64,000 bases of DNA from Candidatus Nomurabacteria bacterium (GTDB taxonomy: Bacteria > Patescibacteriota > Minisyncoccia > Phycocordibacterales > UBA9973). Location of the stretch: assembly GCA_963842815.1 (NCBI GenBank), contig CAWJHU010000002.1, forward strand, positions 44,513 to 108,512. The letters are read 5' to 3'. Shown here in pieces: positions 45,345-55,307 of this stretch (positions within the stretch are counted from its first letter, which is position 1; every line of letters starts with the position of its first letter). A program made the position numbers and the translations under genes. Below the pieces are notes generated by a model. That model ran no database searches. It saw only the letters and a list, made by a program, of their open reading frames with translations, and was not told the DNA's origin.

Positions 45345-47663
45345 ATGATAGTTTATCAAACAAATAAAGATGGATTTTTAAATGATGTGTCCAATGGATG
45401 TATTGAAGATATTATTAGAGAATCTGTTAAACAAAAGCTTAATAAAAATGTTGGTAAAAATGAATACATCTCATGGAAAAACTCCCTTGGGTCAATGTAT
45501 CATGTTATTAATTCAGAATTAATTCCCAACAATTCTGGAATTGCTATCGAATATTCTATTCCTAGAACCAAAAATAGAATAGATTTTATTATTACTGGAC
45601 AAGACGAAAATTATAAAGATAAAGTTATTATAATTGAACTAAAACAGTGGACCGATATCCAAATGACTGATAAAGATGCAATGGTTTTGACCCGTTTTCA
45701 ACAGGGATTAAGTGAAGAATTACATCCTTCATATCAAGCATGGTCTTATTCTTCATTATTACTTGGTTTTAACGCAACTGTATATAATGAAAATATAGGG
45801 TTAGAACCTTGTGCTTATTTACATAATCACATAGATGATGATGTCATAAAAAATTCTTTTTATGAGGATTATATAAAAAAAGCACCAGTTTTTTGTAAAG
45901 GTGAAAAAGAAAAACTTCAAGATTTTATTTCTAAATTTATAAAACATGGAGACAAAACAAATATAATGTATCGTATTGATAATGGAGAAATTCGTCCATC
46001 TAAAAATCTTGCAGATAGTTTGGTTTCAATGATAAAAGGAAATCAAGAATTTATCATGATTGATGAACAGAAAATTGTATATGAAACAGCCCTTGCTTTT
46101 GCTAAGAAATCTAGTAAAGATAACAAAAATATTTTAATAGTAGAGGGTGGTCCAGGAACTGGTAAATCTGTGGTTGCCGTTAATTTACTTGTTGCGATAA
46201 CAAAACTTGGACTTAATACTCAATATGTCACAAAAAACTCAGCCCCGCGTGCGGTTTTTGAGAGTAAACTCACTGGAACATTAAAGAAAACTAATATTTC
46301 AAATATGTTTACAGGTTCTGGATCTTATGTGGATTGTGATTCTAATATTTTTGATTCTCTTATTGTTGACGAGGCCCATAGATTGAATAAAAAATCCGGA
46401 ATGTTTAAAAATATTGGAGAAAATCAAATTAAAGAGATAATAGAAGCTTCAAAATCATCAGTATTTTTTATTGACGAAGATCAAAAAGTTACATGGCATG
46501 ATATTGGAGAAAAAGAAGAAATTGAAAGATGGGCAAAGAAAATTGGTGCAAAAACTCATAATTTAAAATTGGGATCACAATTTCGCTGTAATGGGTCAGA
46601 TGGATACCTTTCTTGGGTTGATGACGTACTTCAAATCCAAGAAACAGCGAACACAACCCTTGAAGGTACGAAATATGATTTTAAAATTGTGGATTCACCA
46701 AATGAACTTAGAGATTTGATTTTTGAGAAAAATAAAATAAATAATAAGGCTAGATTGGTTGCTGGCTATTGTTGGAATTGGATAAGTAAAAAAAATAAGA
46801 ACTTGAATGATATTGTTATTCCAGAATATAATTTTGAAATGAAATGGAATCTTGCAAGTGATGGTAATTTATGGATTATGGCGCCTGAATCTGTTAATGA
46901 GATTGGTTGTATCCATACTTGCCAAGGACTTGAGGTTGATTATATTGGTGTAATAATTGGCTTAGATTTAATTGTTCGAGATGGGAAAATTATTACATCT
47001 CCCAAAAAACGTGCAAAAACTGATGCATCACTTAAAGGGTATTTAAAAGATTTTAAGCTTAATCCAGAAATGGCAAATAAAAAAGCTGACTCAATAATTA
47101 AAAATACTTATCGTACACTCATGACTCGTGGCATGAAAGGTTGTTATGTATATTTTACGGATAAGGAAACTGAAAAATATTTTAAGAAAAGACTTGGTAG
47201 TATCATCTCTCCAATAAAATTACCTATCTTAAAAGAAAAAATAATATCACCATATAGAGAAATGATAAATATTCCACTATATGAATCTGTTGGGTGTGGA
47301 GAGTTAATGATTGCAGATCCAAATATTCAAGAAATGATTCCAGTCAGAAAAGAGTATATGTCAAAAGGGTCAAAATATTTTGTTTTAAGAACAAAAGGTG
47401 ATTCTATGAATAAAGCTGGAATAAATGATGGCGATTTAGTTTTATGTGTTAAAAATTATCGCCCAGAAGAAGGGAAAAAGGTAGTAGCGCTTATAGGCGA
47501 TGATGCTACAATAAAGGAATATCGTATGGAAAATGGTTATGTAGTTTTAAAACCTTGTTCTAACAATCCTATTCATAAACCATTAAAATTCTCGACAAAC
47601 GAAGAGGTAAAAATACAAGGGGTGGTCATTAGGGTTTTAGATAAAGGTGAGGCAGACAAATAA
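45345..47663 (+). CDS. DUF2075 (Schlafen-related) P-loop ATPase fused to C-terminal LexA/UmuD-like S24 peptidase domain
   Basis: Walker A GGPGTGKS and Walker B LIVDEAHRL in the central region. The C-terminal ~130 aa (GDSMNKAGINDGDLVLCV...VVALIGDDATIKEY...LKPCSNNP...IQGVVIRV) are an S24 peptidase fold with Ser and Lys candidates. Confidence 0.7.
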   Translation: MIVYQTNKDGFLNDVSNGCIEDIIRESVKQKLNKNVGKNEYISWKNSLGSMYHVINSELIPNNSGIAIEYSIPRTKNRIDFIITGQDENYKDKVIIIELKQWTDIQMTDKDAMVLTRFQQGLSEELHPSYQAWSYSSLLLGFNATVYNENIGLEPCAYLHNHIDDDVIKNSFYEDYIKKAPVFCKGEKEKLQDFISKFIKHGDKTNIMYRIDNGEIRPSKNLADSLVSMIKGNQEFIMIDEQKIVYETALAFAKKSSKDNKNILIVEGGPGTGKSVVAVNLLVAITKLGLNTQYVTKNSAPRAVFESKLTGTLKKTNISNMFTGSGSYVDCDSNIFDSLIVDEAHRLNKKSGMFKNIGENQIKEIIEASKSSVFFIDEDQKVTWHDIGEKEEIERWAKKIGAKTHNLKLGSQFRCNGSDGYLSWVDDVLQIQETANTTLEGTKYDFKIVDSPNELRDLIFEKNKINNKARLVAGYCWNWISKKNKNLNDIVIPEYNFEMKWNLASDGNLWIMAPESVNEIGCIHTCQGLEVDYIGVIIGLDLIVRDGKIITSPKKRAKTDASLKGYLKDFKLNPEMANKKADSIIKNTYRTLMTRGMKGCYVYFTDKETEKYFKKRLGSIISPIKLPILKEKIISPYREMINIPLYESVGCGELMIADPNIQEMIPVRKEYMSKGSKYFVLRTKGDSMNKAGINDGDLVLCVKNYRPEEGKKVVALIGDDATIKEYRMENGYVVLKPCSNNPIHKPLKFSTNEEVKIQGVVIRVLDKGEADK

Positions 47664-47816
47664 ACCTATAAAATAAGGCTTTTATATAAATTTATAGAGA
47701 GAAATATTAGTAAAAATTAAGTTATCCACAGTTCATTGCATTTTCATTTATTGTGGTGTACAATATCATAATGTAAATAACGGGTGTAGGTTTCTTGTCT
47801 ATGACCCGCGAAGATT

Positions 47817-47848
47817 AGACCTTCCTTTATTGGGAGGTCTTTTCTTTT
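47817..47848 (+). terminator. hairpin plus T-run in the convergent intergenic region
   Basis: AGACCTTCC-tttattg-GGAGGTCT followed by TTTCTTTT. Confidence 0.4.
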
Positions 47849-48653
47849 ATACGCATTCAAATACATTAAAATAAGCCAAGGAGTCATTTTTAAAATTACC
47901 AGCTAAGCTAGGTACACCAAATGTTGATCTTAATTTATTTACTAAAGGTTCTTTTCTAATTTCAGTATGGTGGGTAACTAATTCTGATTTCTTTTTATAA
48001 TCATACATAACTGCACCCAGTAATAAGTCTGACATTTGTAAAAGAAAGTTGGAGTGAGATTCAATACTAAATGCCCCAAAAATATCATCAAAATTTAATG
48101 TTGGGTCTTTGGTTACTTCTGTTCTAATCTTACTCAATAAAGTATCTTCTAGGGAAAGAGGTTTATTTCTTGGTCTGGTAATTTCGTCTAATACTATACA
48201 CAACTTGTCACCTTTTAAATTTTTTAATTCTGCAACTATTAAATTTGCTGCATATTTTGTGTAAGTTTCCCATGCATCTTCTATGCCATCGCCATCAAAC
48301 TGTGGATTTTGTTTATCAACAATCATTGCTGAGAATCTATTATCTTTATCTGATAAAAAAATATCTATCATTCTTTCATAGTAAATTTCAACTGAAGCTC
48401 TTACATTGTCAAATTTCATTTCAAACCTAGAATTATTTCTAAGTAATTTAATGACTTCTTCCTTTTGACCATTCGCAAGCAAGTGATCAATTTGAGTATT
48501 TTTATTTTGACGGGCTTTTTCTTTAGCTGGTTGACTGTTTTTGTTTAATTTATCAGCCATGTCACCAATATTTTTTACAATCAACAGTCCCGTACCAAAA
48601 AAGGGGTCACTTTTTATTATTCCACTTGAATCTATAAAGCAAAATCGGTTCAT
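47847..48653 (-). CDS. DUF3800 family protein
   Basis: N-terminal FIDSSG and the C-terminal LLQMSDLLLGAV pattern typical of DUF3800. Confidence 0.55.
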   Translation of the reverse strand: MNRFCFIDSSGIIKSDPFFGTGLLIVKNIGDMADKLNKNSQPAKEKARQNKNTQIDHLLANGQKEEVIKLLRNNSRFEMKFDNVRASVEIYYERMIDIFLSDKDNRFSAMIVDKQNPQFDGDGIEDAWETYTKYAANLIVAELKNLKGDKLCIVLDEITRPRNKPLSLEDTLLSKIRTEVTKDPTLNFDDIFGAFSIESHSNFLLQMSDLLLGAVMYDYKKKSELVTHHTEIRKEPLVNKLRSTFGVPSLAGNFKNDSLAYFNVFECV

Positions 48654-48840
48654 AATAATGACATTTTAGCATAAATTTTTTATTTTTCCAATAGGACTTT
48701 TATATTTCTAACTTCCAAATTAATTACAATTTTCTATTACTTGAGTTATAAAAATAGATTTTATGCTATAATATAGGTATATTAATAGTTAATAATCCTA
48801 GTAGTAGAGCAAAGCTCGCTACGGGATAAGTATAAATAAC

Positions 48841-49098
48841 ATGGCAGAAAAAAAAGTTTCCGCATTTATGAAGCCAATGAATATAAGCGCTGAGTTGGCA
48901 GAAGTAGTAGGCAAGGGTCCTATGCCTAGGTCCGAGGTGGTAAAGGCATTGTGGGTATATATCAAGAAGAACAATCTTCAAGACCCGAAGAATAAGCGCA
49001 ATATTAATGCTGATGCCAAACTTCAGAAAGTGTTTGGTGGCAAGAAAGTAGTCAATATGTTTGAAATGACGAAGCTTGTTTCAAAACATCTTTCCTAA
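48841..49098 (+). CDS. SWIB/MDM2 domain protein
   Basis: ISAELAEVVGKGPMPRSEVVKALWVYIKKNNLQDPKNKRNINADAKLQKVFG...VNMFEMTKLVSKHL matches the SWIB domain consensus. Confidence 0.75.
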   Translation: MAEKKVSAFMKPMNISAELAEVVGKGPMPRSEVVKALWVYIKKNNLQDPKNKRNINADAKLQKVFGGKKVVNMFEMTKLVSKHLS

Positions 49099-49115
49099 GA
49101 ATTATTAAAAAAATA

Positions 49116-49240
49116 CAAGAACTCTTTCTCGGTATATCTTTTTCTAGGGTACGAATTTTTCGAAGCTTGAAAAGTTCTGAAGTTCTCGGCTCGTCAGCCT
49201 CGAAACCCCCTAAAAAAGATACACCTTCAACGAGTTCTTG
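49116..49240 (+). repeat. intergenic repeated element, copy 2 (inverted-repeat-flanked, AAGCTT-loop hairpin inside)
   Basis: The 23-bp imperfect terminal inverted repeats are CAAGAACTCTTTCTCGGTATATC and GATACACCTTCAACGAGTTCTTG. The interior contains GAATTTTTCGAAGCTTGAAAAGTTC and the CTCGGCTCGTCAGCCT box. It is homologous to 19981..20093 in the opposite orientation. Confidence 0.55.
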
Positions 49241-49332
49241 TTGAATAATAAGAATTTTATATGGCAAAAGGAGACGGACATAGAAAAGAAAAAAAGAAAC
49301 CCAAAAAAGCTAAAAAGTAGCATAATTGGAAA

Positions 49333-49728
49333 ATGAATAATTACACTTGGTATCAACAACTCATCAAACCATCTTGGGCGCCGCCCAGTTGGCTTTTTGG
49401 GCCAGTGTGGAGTGTGCTTTATGTTTTGATTTTTGTTTCTTTTGGAACAGTGTTTTATAAAGTTTTCAGGAAAGAATTGCCGGTAATTATTTTGGTTCCC
49501 TTTGTTTTGAATCTTATTTTTAATCTTTCTTTTACTTATTTTCAATTCGGACTTAAAAATAATTATTTAGCGGCGGTTGATGTTTTACTTGTCCTCGGGA
49601 CTCTGATTTGGTCCATGATTCTCATTTATCCACAAATTAAATGGGTCGCTCTGATTAATATTCCATATCTTCTGTGGGTTTGTTTTGCTACGGTTTTACA
49701 GCTTACAGTGACGTTTTTGAATAGATAA
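49333..49728 (+). CDS. TspO/MBR family protein (short)
   Basis: WYQQLIKPSWAPPSWLFGPVWSVLYVLI is a typical Trp-rich TspO N-terminus. ~4-5 TM helices. 131 aa. Confidence 0.8.
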   Translation: MNNYTWYQQLIKPSWAPPSWLFGPVWSVLYVLIFVSFGTVFYKVFRKELPVIILVPFVLNLIFNLSFTYFQFGLKNNYLAAVDVLLVLGTLIWSMILIYPQIKWVALINIPYLLWVCFATVLQLTVTFLNR

Positions 49729-49756
49729 AATATTAAAATAGGTATATAGTATAAAG

Positions 49757-50488
49757 GTGAATCCTACGGAAACCGAAACATATCAAATCAAAACGGAGGC
49801 CTTTGAAGGGCCGTTTCATTTATTGCTTTCCCTGATAGAGGAAAGGAAGTTTTTTATTAATGACTTGTCCTTGGCGCAGGTGACGGAGGACTATTTAAAT
49901 TATGTCAGCAAACTGGAAAAACAAAATCCTTCCGAAATTTCCAGTTTTATCGTGGTGGCAGCAACGCTCATTTTAATAAAATCAAAATCGCTTTTACCCA
50001 ATCTGAATTTAACTTCCGAAGAAGAAGGCGATATTCATAATCTGGAAGAGAGATTAAAATTATATGAACTTTACACCAAGCTTGGCGGGCATATAAAAGA
50101 AATGTTCGGCAAAAAAATTATTTTTGCGCCGTTGGAAAGGAAAAATGACTTTCTAGTATTTTTGCCGGATGAACAGATTACGAAAGAAAGTATGATGGCC
50201 TTTGCCCGGGATGCGCTGGGTAGAATGCCGAAAAAAGTCTTTTTGCCGGAAGTGGAAGTGAAAAAAGTCATCAGCATAGAGGAAATGATTTCAAAATTAA
50301 CCGAAAGAATAGAAAAAACCCTGGAAATGAATTTTAAGGATTTCGCCGGGGTGGCCAAGACGAAAGAAGAAAAGGTGATTGTAATTATTGGTTTTCTTGC
50401 TATGCTGGAACTGGTGAGGCAGGGGATACTGCACGCCGTGCAAGAAAGTAATTTTGAAGATATTATAATTAAGAAACAAACTGCATGA
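49757..50488 (+). CDS. scpA: segregation and condensation protein A
   Basis: FEGPFHLLLSLIEERKFFINDLSLAQVTEDYLNY. Confidence 0.85.
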   Translation: MNPTETETYQIKTEAFEGPFHLLLSLIEERKFFINDLSLAQVTEDYLNYVSKLEKQNPSEISSFIVVAATLILIKSKSLLPNLNLTSEEEGDIHNLEERLKLYELYTKLGGHIKEMFGKKIIFAPLERKNDFLVFLPDEQITKESMMAFARDALGRMPKKVFLPEVEVKKVISIEEMISKLTERIEKTLEMNFKDFAGVAKTKEEKVIVIIGFLAMLELVRQGILHAVQESNFEDIIIKKQTA

Positions 50489-51042
50489 ACTTAGAACAGA
50501 AGATCGAAGCAATACTTTTTTTCAAAGGAGAACCGATGTCTCGGAAGAAACTAGCGGAATTTTTGGGCGCAGGGCAGACGGAAATAAATGAAGCTCTGGA
50601 AAAACTGAAAGAAAATTTAAAGAGTAGGGGAATAGTGTTGCAGGAAAAGGAGAATGACATTACCCTCGGCACGGCGCCGGAGCTCTCAAGTCTCATAGAA
50701 AAATTGCAAAAGGAAGAACTGAATAAAGAACTTTCCAAAGCAAGTTTGGAAACATTATCTATTATTTTATATAAAAATGGAGTGAGTAGGTCCTTGATTG
50801 ATTATATCCGAGGGGTAAATAGCAGTTTTACTTTGCGTGCGCTTTCCATCAGGGGGCTCGTAGAGAAGAACTTGGATCCCGAAGACAACCGGCGTTATAT
50901 TTATAGGCCTACTTTTGAGTTGCTTTCTTTTATGGGCGTAAAATCTGTGGAAGAATTGCCGGATTATAATTTAGTAAACAATTCAATTGAATCTACCGCC
51001 CAAAATTTGGCCGACGAATTAAAAGATGGAACCGACATTTAA
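50485..51042 (+). CDS. scpB: segregation and condensation protein B
   Basis: IEAILFFKGEPMSRKKLAEFL, tandem winged helices, and a 4-nt overlap with scpA. Confidence 0.85.
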   Translation: MNLEQKIEAILFFKGEPMSRKKLAEFLGAGQTEINEALEKLKENLKSRGIVLQEKENDITLGTAPELSSLIEKLQKEELNKELSKASLETLSIILYKNGVSRSLIDYIRGVNSSFTLRALSIRGLVEKNLDPEDNRRYIYRPTFELLSFMGVKSVEELPDYNLVNNSIESTAQNLADELKDGTDI

Positions 51043-51907
51043 AGAAAATTATTTTTTATTTTTTATCTTGATTGTTGTTGCCCTGGAGGCAATTTTGTTT
51101 TCTATTGGGAACGACAAATCGAATTATGCCTTTCAAAACGAGGAAAACAATATTATAAAAATACAAAATACACTGGCAAATGCTCAGATTCAAGCGAAAG
51201 CAGTATCTGTTTACGATGAAACTCTGAATAAAAAAATCTATGGGAAAAACGACGAAGAAAATTTGCCTATTGCCTCGCTCACTAAAATAATGACCGTTAT
51301 AATTACTTTGAACAATCATAATATGGATGATATTGTTTCAATTTCTAAAAATGCGCTCAAACAGGACACTGATTACGGATTTTTTGTTGATGAAAAATTT
51401 AAAATCGGAGACTTGGCAAAATTTACTTTGATAGGTTCGGCCAATGATGGCGCCTATGCTTTGGCAGAAAGCACCGATAATTTTTTGGAAAAAATGAATG
51501 AGAAAGCGCGAAAAATCGGAATGGGAAATACTTTATTTTCAAATCCCACTGGATTGGATGTTGACGGGAAAATGGCGGGAGCTTATGCTTCGGCGGAAGA
51601 TGTAAACACTATGGCTATGTATGCTCTTAATGCGTATCCTGAAGTTTTTGGTGCGAGCATATTACCGGAAATAAATACAAAATCCGAATCCGGTTTTACT
51701 CACAATATAAAAAATACCGATACAATTTTAGATAAAATTCCTGATGTTTTGTTTTCCAAAACAGGATTTACACCGCTAGCGGGAGGGAATTTAACTGTAA
51801 TTTATAGGAATCAAAACGAGCATATTCTTGCCATCACCGTCCTAGGCTCAACCATGGACGGCAGATTTTCCGATATGGAAAAGATTATAAATCTGTTATT
51901 CCCCTGA
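51026..51907 (+). CDS. D-alanyl-D-alanine carboxypeptidase (S11, PBP5-like)
   Basis: N-terminal signal/TM segment, the SxxK motif ASLTKIMT, and later SGN and KTG-like motifs. Confidence 0.8.
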   Translation: MEPTFKENYFLFFILIVVALEAILFSIGNDKSNYAFQNEENNIIKIQNTLANAQIQAKAVSVYDETLNKKIYGKNDEENLPIASLTKIMTVIITLNNHNMDDIVSISKNALKQDTDYGFFVDEKFKIGDLAKFTLIGSANDGAYALAESTDNFLEKMNEKARKIGMGNTLFSNPTGLDVDGKMAGAYASAEDVNTMAMYALNAYPEVFGASILPEINTKSESGFTHNIKNTDTILDKIPDVLFSKTGFTPLAGGNLTVIYRNQNEHILAITVLGSTMDGRFSDMEKIINLLFP

Positions 51908-51961
51908 CCCAGGGTCAGGGGAATAGAAGTATTTTAAAAAGAAATATGTTAAAATCATTAT

Positions 51962-53017
51962 ATGCTTTTGAATTTGGTTAAAATATTCTTACCCATGGTG
52001 GTGGCCTTTCTGATAGGGCTTTTTATTACCCCTTTTGCCAGCCATTATTTTTACAAATACAAAATGTGGAAGAAATATTCCCGTAATGGCGGTACCCTTA
52101 ACACAGATTTTCAGAAAATCCACAATGAAGAGGATGAATTAAAAACTCCTCGAGTGGGCGGGATAATCATCTGGGCCTCAATACTTTTTTCCACCCTTAT
52201 TTTTTATTTAATCTCACTTTTATTTCCCGGAGAAATGACGGAAAAAATAAATTTCCTCAGCAAAAACCAAACGCTGATACCTCTTCTGGTCTTGCTTTTC
52301 GGGTCGCTTTTGGGGCTTTGGGACGACCTGATGCAGATTTATGGAAAAGGGAATTGCGCCCATGATGATAAATCTTGGCGGAAATATAAAGTAGTTTTGG
52401 TAGTTTTTATTTCTTTTTTAATTGGTCTTTGGTTTTATTATAAACTGGGAATGATTTCAATTCATATTCCGTTCGGCGGGGAACTGTATCTGGGCATTTT
52501 GATTATTCCATTTTTCATAATCGTTGCCCTGGGGACTTTTTCCGGCGGAGTCATTGACGGGTTGGACGGACTTTCCGGAGGAGTTTTCGCTGCAATTTTT
52601 TCCGCTTATTCTTTAATAGCTTTTGCCAATAATCAGATAGATATTGCCGCTTTTTGCGCGGTGGCGACTGGAGCCATTTTGGCCTTCTTGTGGTTTAATA
52701 TTCCACCGGCGAGATTTTATATGGGGGAGACGGGCATCATGGGGCTCACTATTACTTTAGCCACCATAGCTTTTTTAACTGATTCAGTTTTTATTCTCCC
52801 TATTGTGGCAATGCCCCTCGTTATTAGTTCTAGTTCTGTTGTTTTACAAATGCTTTCCAAAAAATTTAGAGGTGGAAAAAAAATTTTTCGACTTTCGCCC
52901 ATCCATCATCACTTTGAAGCTCTGGGATGGCCTTCCTACAAAGTGACCATGCGTTTTTGGATTTTATCCATGGCCTTTTCCGTGGTGGGAATAATCTTGG
53001 CAATTATCAGCCGGTAA
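51962..53017 (+). CDS. mraY: phospho-N-acetylmuramoyl-pentapeptide transferase MraY
   Basis: A polytopic membrane protein with DDLMQI and the PIHHHFE motif (RLSPIHHHFEALGW). Confidence 0.85.
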   Translation: MLLNLVKIFLPMVVAFLIGLFITPFASHYFYKYKMWKKYSRNGGTLNTDFQKIHNEEDELKTPRVGGIIIWASILFSTLIFYLISLLFPGEMTEKINFLSKNQTLIPLLVLLFGSLLGLWDDLMQIYGKGNCAHDDKSWRKYKVVLVVFISFLIGLWFYYKLGMISIHIPFGGELYLGILIIPFFIIVALGTFSGGVIDGLDGLSGGVFAAIFSAYSLIAFANNQIDIAAFCAVATGAILAFLWFNIPPARFYMGETGIMGLTITLATIAFLTDSVFILPIVAMPLVISSSSVVLQMLSKKFRGGKKIFRLSPIHHHFEALGWPSYKVTMRFWILSMAFSVVGIILAIISR

Positions 53018-53020
53018 AAT

Positions 53021-54127
53021 ATGAAAGAAAAAAAAATAGACAGATTTTTTTTAATAATTACTTTTATTTTAATCTTTATAGGGGTGGCCATGTTCATTTC
53101 CGCATCTTTGGGAATTTTGGCCAAGAGCGCGGGGGCTTTCTATTCAATGCTTTTTACCCAATTGGTCCTCGGCTTTGGTTTAGGTTTTCTGGGCATGTAT
53201 TTTACCCTGAAAATAGATTATAAATTTTGGCGCAACTATTCTTTTTATATTTTTTTAGGGGCTATTCTTCTTACGGCCGCGGTTTTTGTTCCCTTTTTAG
53301 GCAGGAGCCATTTGGGAGCGGAAAGATGGATTCAGCTCGGGCCGATAAATTTTCAACCAGTAGAATTTTTGAAATTCGGATTCATAATTTATTTTGCCGC
53401 ATGGCTTTCCTGGGCGAAAAACAGGGTGCAGGATTTTAAATTCGGCATTCTTCCGCTTGGTCTATTGCTCGCGGTTATCGCGGTTATTTTATTTCATCAG
53501 CCGGACACTAAAAGTTTTATTTTAATTGCCATCGTCGGAATTTCCATGCTTTTTATTTCCGGAGTATCGACAAAATGGATTGCTCTGCTGGGAGTGACTG
53601 CGGTGGTTGGCCTGAGCTTTCTTGTGTTTTTTACTCCCTATCTTCAGGAGAGAATAAAAACTTTCATTGACCCTTCCCAAGACCCTCAGGGGTCTTCCTA
53701 CCAAATACAACAATCTTTGATAGCCATCGGTTCAGGCGGAATTTTTGGCAGGGGATATGGCCAGAGTATCCAAAAATTCAGCTATCTGCCAGAACCGCAA
53801 GGGGACTCTATTTTTGCCGTTGTGGGCGAGGAACTAGGCCTTGTGGGATGCGTTGCCATAATAATAGTTTATCTGCTTTTTCTTTTGCGCGGACTCCGCA
53901 TTGCCAATAATTCTCCCGACCTTTTCAGTAGACTTTTAGTTTCCGGAATTGTTATACTGATAGTGGCCCAATCGTTTATGAATATTGCTTCTGCCATCGG
54001 AGTTTTTCCTTTGACGGGAGTGCCATTGGTTTTTGTCAGTCAAGGAGGTACTTCGCTGATGATAGACCTTATCGCCGTGGGCGTTGTATTTCAAATATCA
54101 AGATTAAAAAAATTACAGAATAAATAA
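53021..54127 (+). CDS. ftsW: SEDS-family peptidoglycan glycosyltransferase FtsW/RodA
   Basis: Ten TM helices. It sits between mraY and murG, as in a dcw cluster. Confidence 0.85.
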   Translation: MKEKKIDRFFLIITFILIFIGVAMFISASLGILAKSAGAFYSMLFTQLVLGFGLGFLGMYFTLKIDYKFWRNYSFYIFLGAILLTAAVFVPFLGRSHLGAERWIQLGPINFQPVEFLKFGFIIYFAAWLSWAKNRVQDFKFGILPLGLLLAVIAVILFHQPDTKSFILIAIVGISMLFISGVSTKWIALLGVTAVVGLSFLVFFTPYLQERIKTFIDPSQDPQGSSYQIQQSLIAIGSGGIFGRGYGQSIQKFSYLPEPQGDSIFAVVGEELGLVGCVAIIIVYLLFLLRGLRIANNSPDLFSRLLVSGIVILIVAQSFMNIASAIGVFPLTGVPLVFVSQGGTSLMIDLIAVGVVFQISRLKKLQNK

Positions 54128-54135
54128 AATTTATT

Positions 54136-55266
54136 ATGAAAATAATATTTACAGGAGGAGGAACGGGCGGACATTTTTATCCAATCATTGCCGTTGTTCA
54201 AAAAGTCAACCAAATAATAGATAAAGAGAAAATAATAGGAGCTAAGCTTTATTACGTTTCCGATGGCCCCTATGATAAAGAGATGCTTCTGGAAAACGGA
54301 CTTCTTTACGAAGAAATAAAAGCCGGGAAGATGCGCACGTACTTTTCTCTTAAAAACTTTACCGATATTTTTAAAATGTTCTTCGGCACGATTAATGCTA
54401 TTTATAAAATATTTACAATTTACCCGGATGTCGTATTCGGCAAAGGGGGATATGCCTCGTTTCCCACGGTGCTAGCAGCCAGAATTTTACGTATCCCTGT
54501 GGTAATCCATGAATCGGATTCTGTGCCCGGCCGAGTAAATAAATGGGCCGGACGATTCGCCCAAAGGATAGCCATTTCCTATAAAGAAGCGGCAGATTAT
54601 TTTCCTAAAAATAAAGTTGCCTGGACGGGACATCCCATCAGGGCAGAAATAGAACATCCGGCCCCTCGCGAAGAGGCGCTTCAGTATTTTAAATTGGAAA
54701 CGGGACTGCCTGTTATTTTGGTTTTAGGAGGTTCCCAGGGAGCGGAACTGATAAATAATACGGTGCTGGACGCATTGCCGAGGCTGATAAAGAATTTTCA
54801 GATTATACATCAAACGGGAATTAATAATTTTAAAAATGTCGCGGGACGGGCGCAGGTGGTGCTTGCCTCCGATTCGGAAAAAGTAAGATATTTGCCTTTT
54901 GATTTTTTAAATCCGCTTGCTGTGAAAATGGCCGCCGGAGCAGCCACCATTGTTATTTCCAGAGCAGGGTCGGCCATATTTGAAATAGCATCCTGGGGCG
55001 TGCCATCCGTTATTATTCCGATCACAACTTCCAATGGCGACCATCAAAGAAAAAATGCCTTTAATTATGTCCATGCGGGAGCCTGCAATGTTATTGAAGA
55101 GGCGAATATGACGGCCAATATTTTGAGTTCGGAAATTGAAAGAATTGTAAACAATAAAGCAATTCTGGATAGAATGGCGCAAAATGCGAAAGCCTTCAAT
55201 AAACCCGACGCCGCCTACAAAATCGCCCGTGAGTTGGTAGACATCGCCCTCGCCCACGAAAAATAA
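54136..55266 (+). CDS. murG: undecaprenyldiphospho-muramoylpentapeptide beta-N-acetylglucosaminyltransferase MurG
   Basis: IIFTGGGTGGHFYPIIAV and a GT-B fold C-terminal region. Confidence 0.9.
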   Translation: MKIIFTGGGTGGHFYPIIAVVQKVNQIIDKEKIIGAKLYYVSDGPYDKEMLLENGLLYEEIKAGKMRTYFSLKNFTDIFKMFFGTINAIYKIFTIYPDVVFGKGGYASFPTVLAARILRIPVVIHESDSVPGRVNKWAGRFAQRIAISYKEAADYFPKNKVAWTGHPIRAEIEHPAPREEALQYFKLETGLPVILVLGGSQGAELINNTVLDALPRLIKNFQIIHQTGINNFKNVAGRAQVVLASDSEKVRYLPFDFLNPLAVKMAAGAATIVISRAGSAIFEIASWGVPSVIIPITTSNGDHQRKNAFNYVHAGACNVIEEANMTANILSSEIERIVNNKAILDRMAQNAKAFNKPDAAYKIARELVDIALAHEK

Positions 55267-55307
55267 AAACTTTTCTTATTTTGGGCAAAAAATGCTAAAA
55301 TAAATGG

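Noticed and set aside
49261-49320. 19-codon ORF MAKGDGHRKEKKKPKKAKK
   Set aside because: It is too short and low-complexity, and sits in an A-rich tract.
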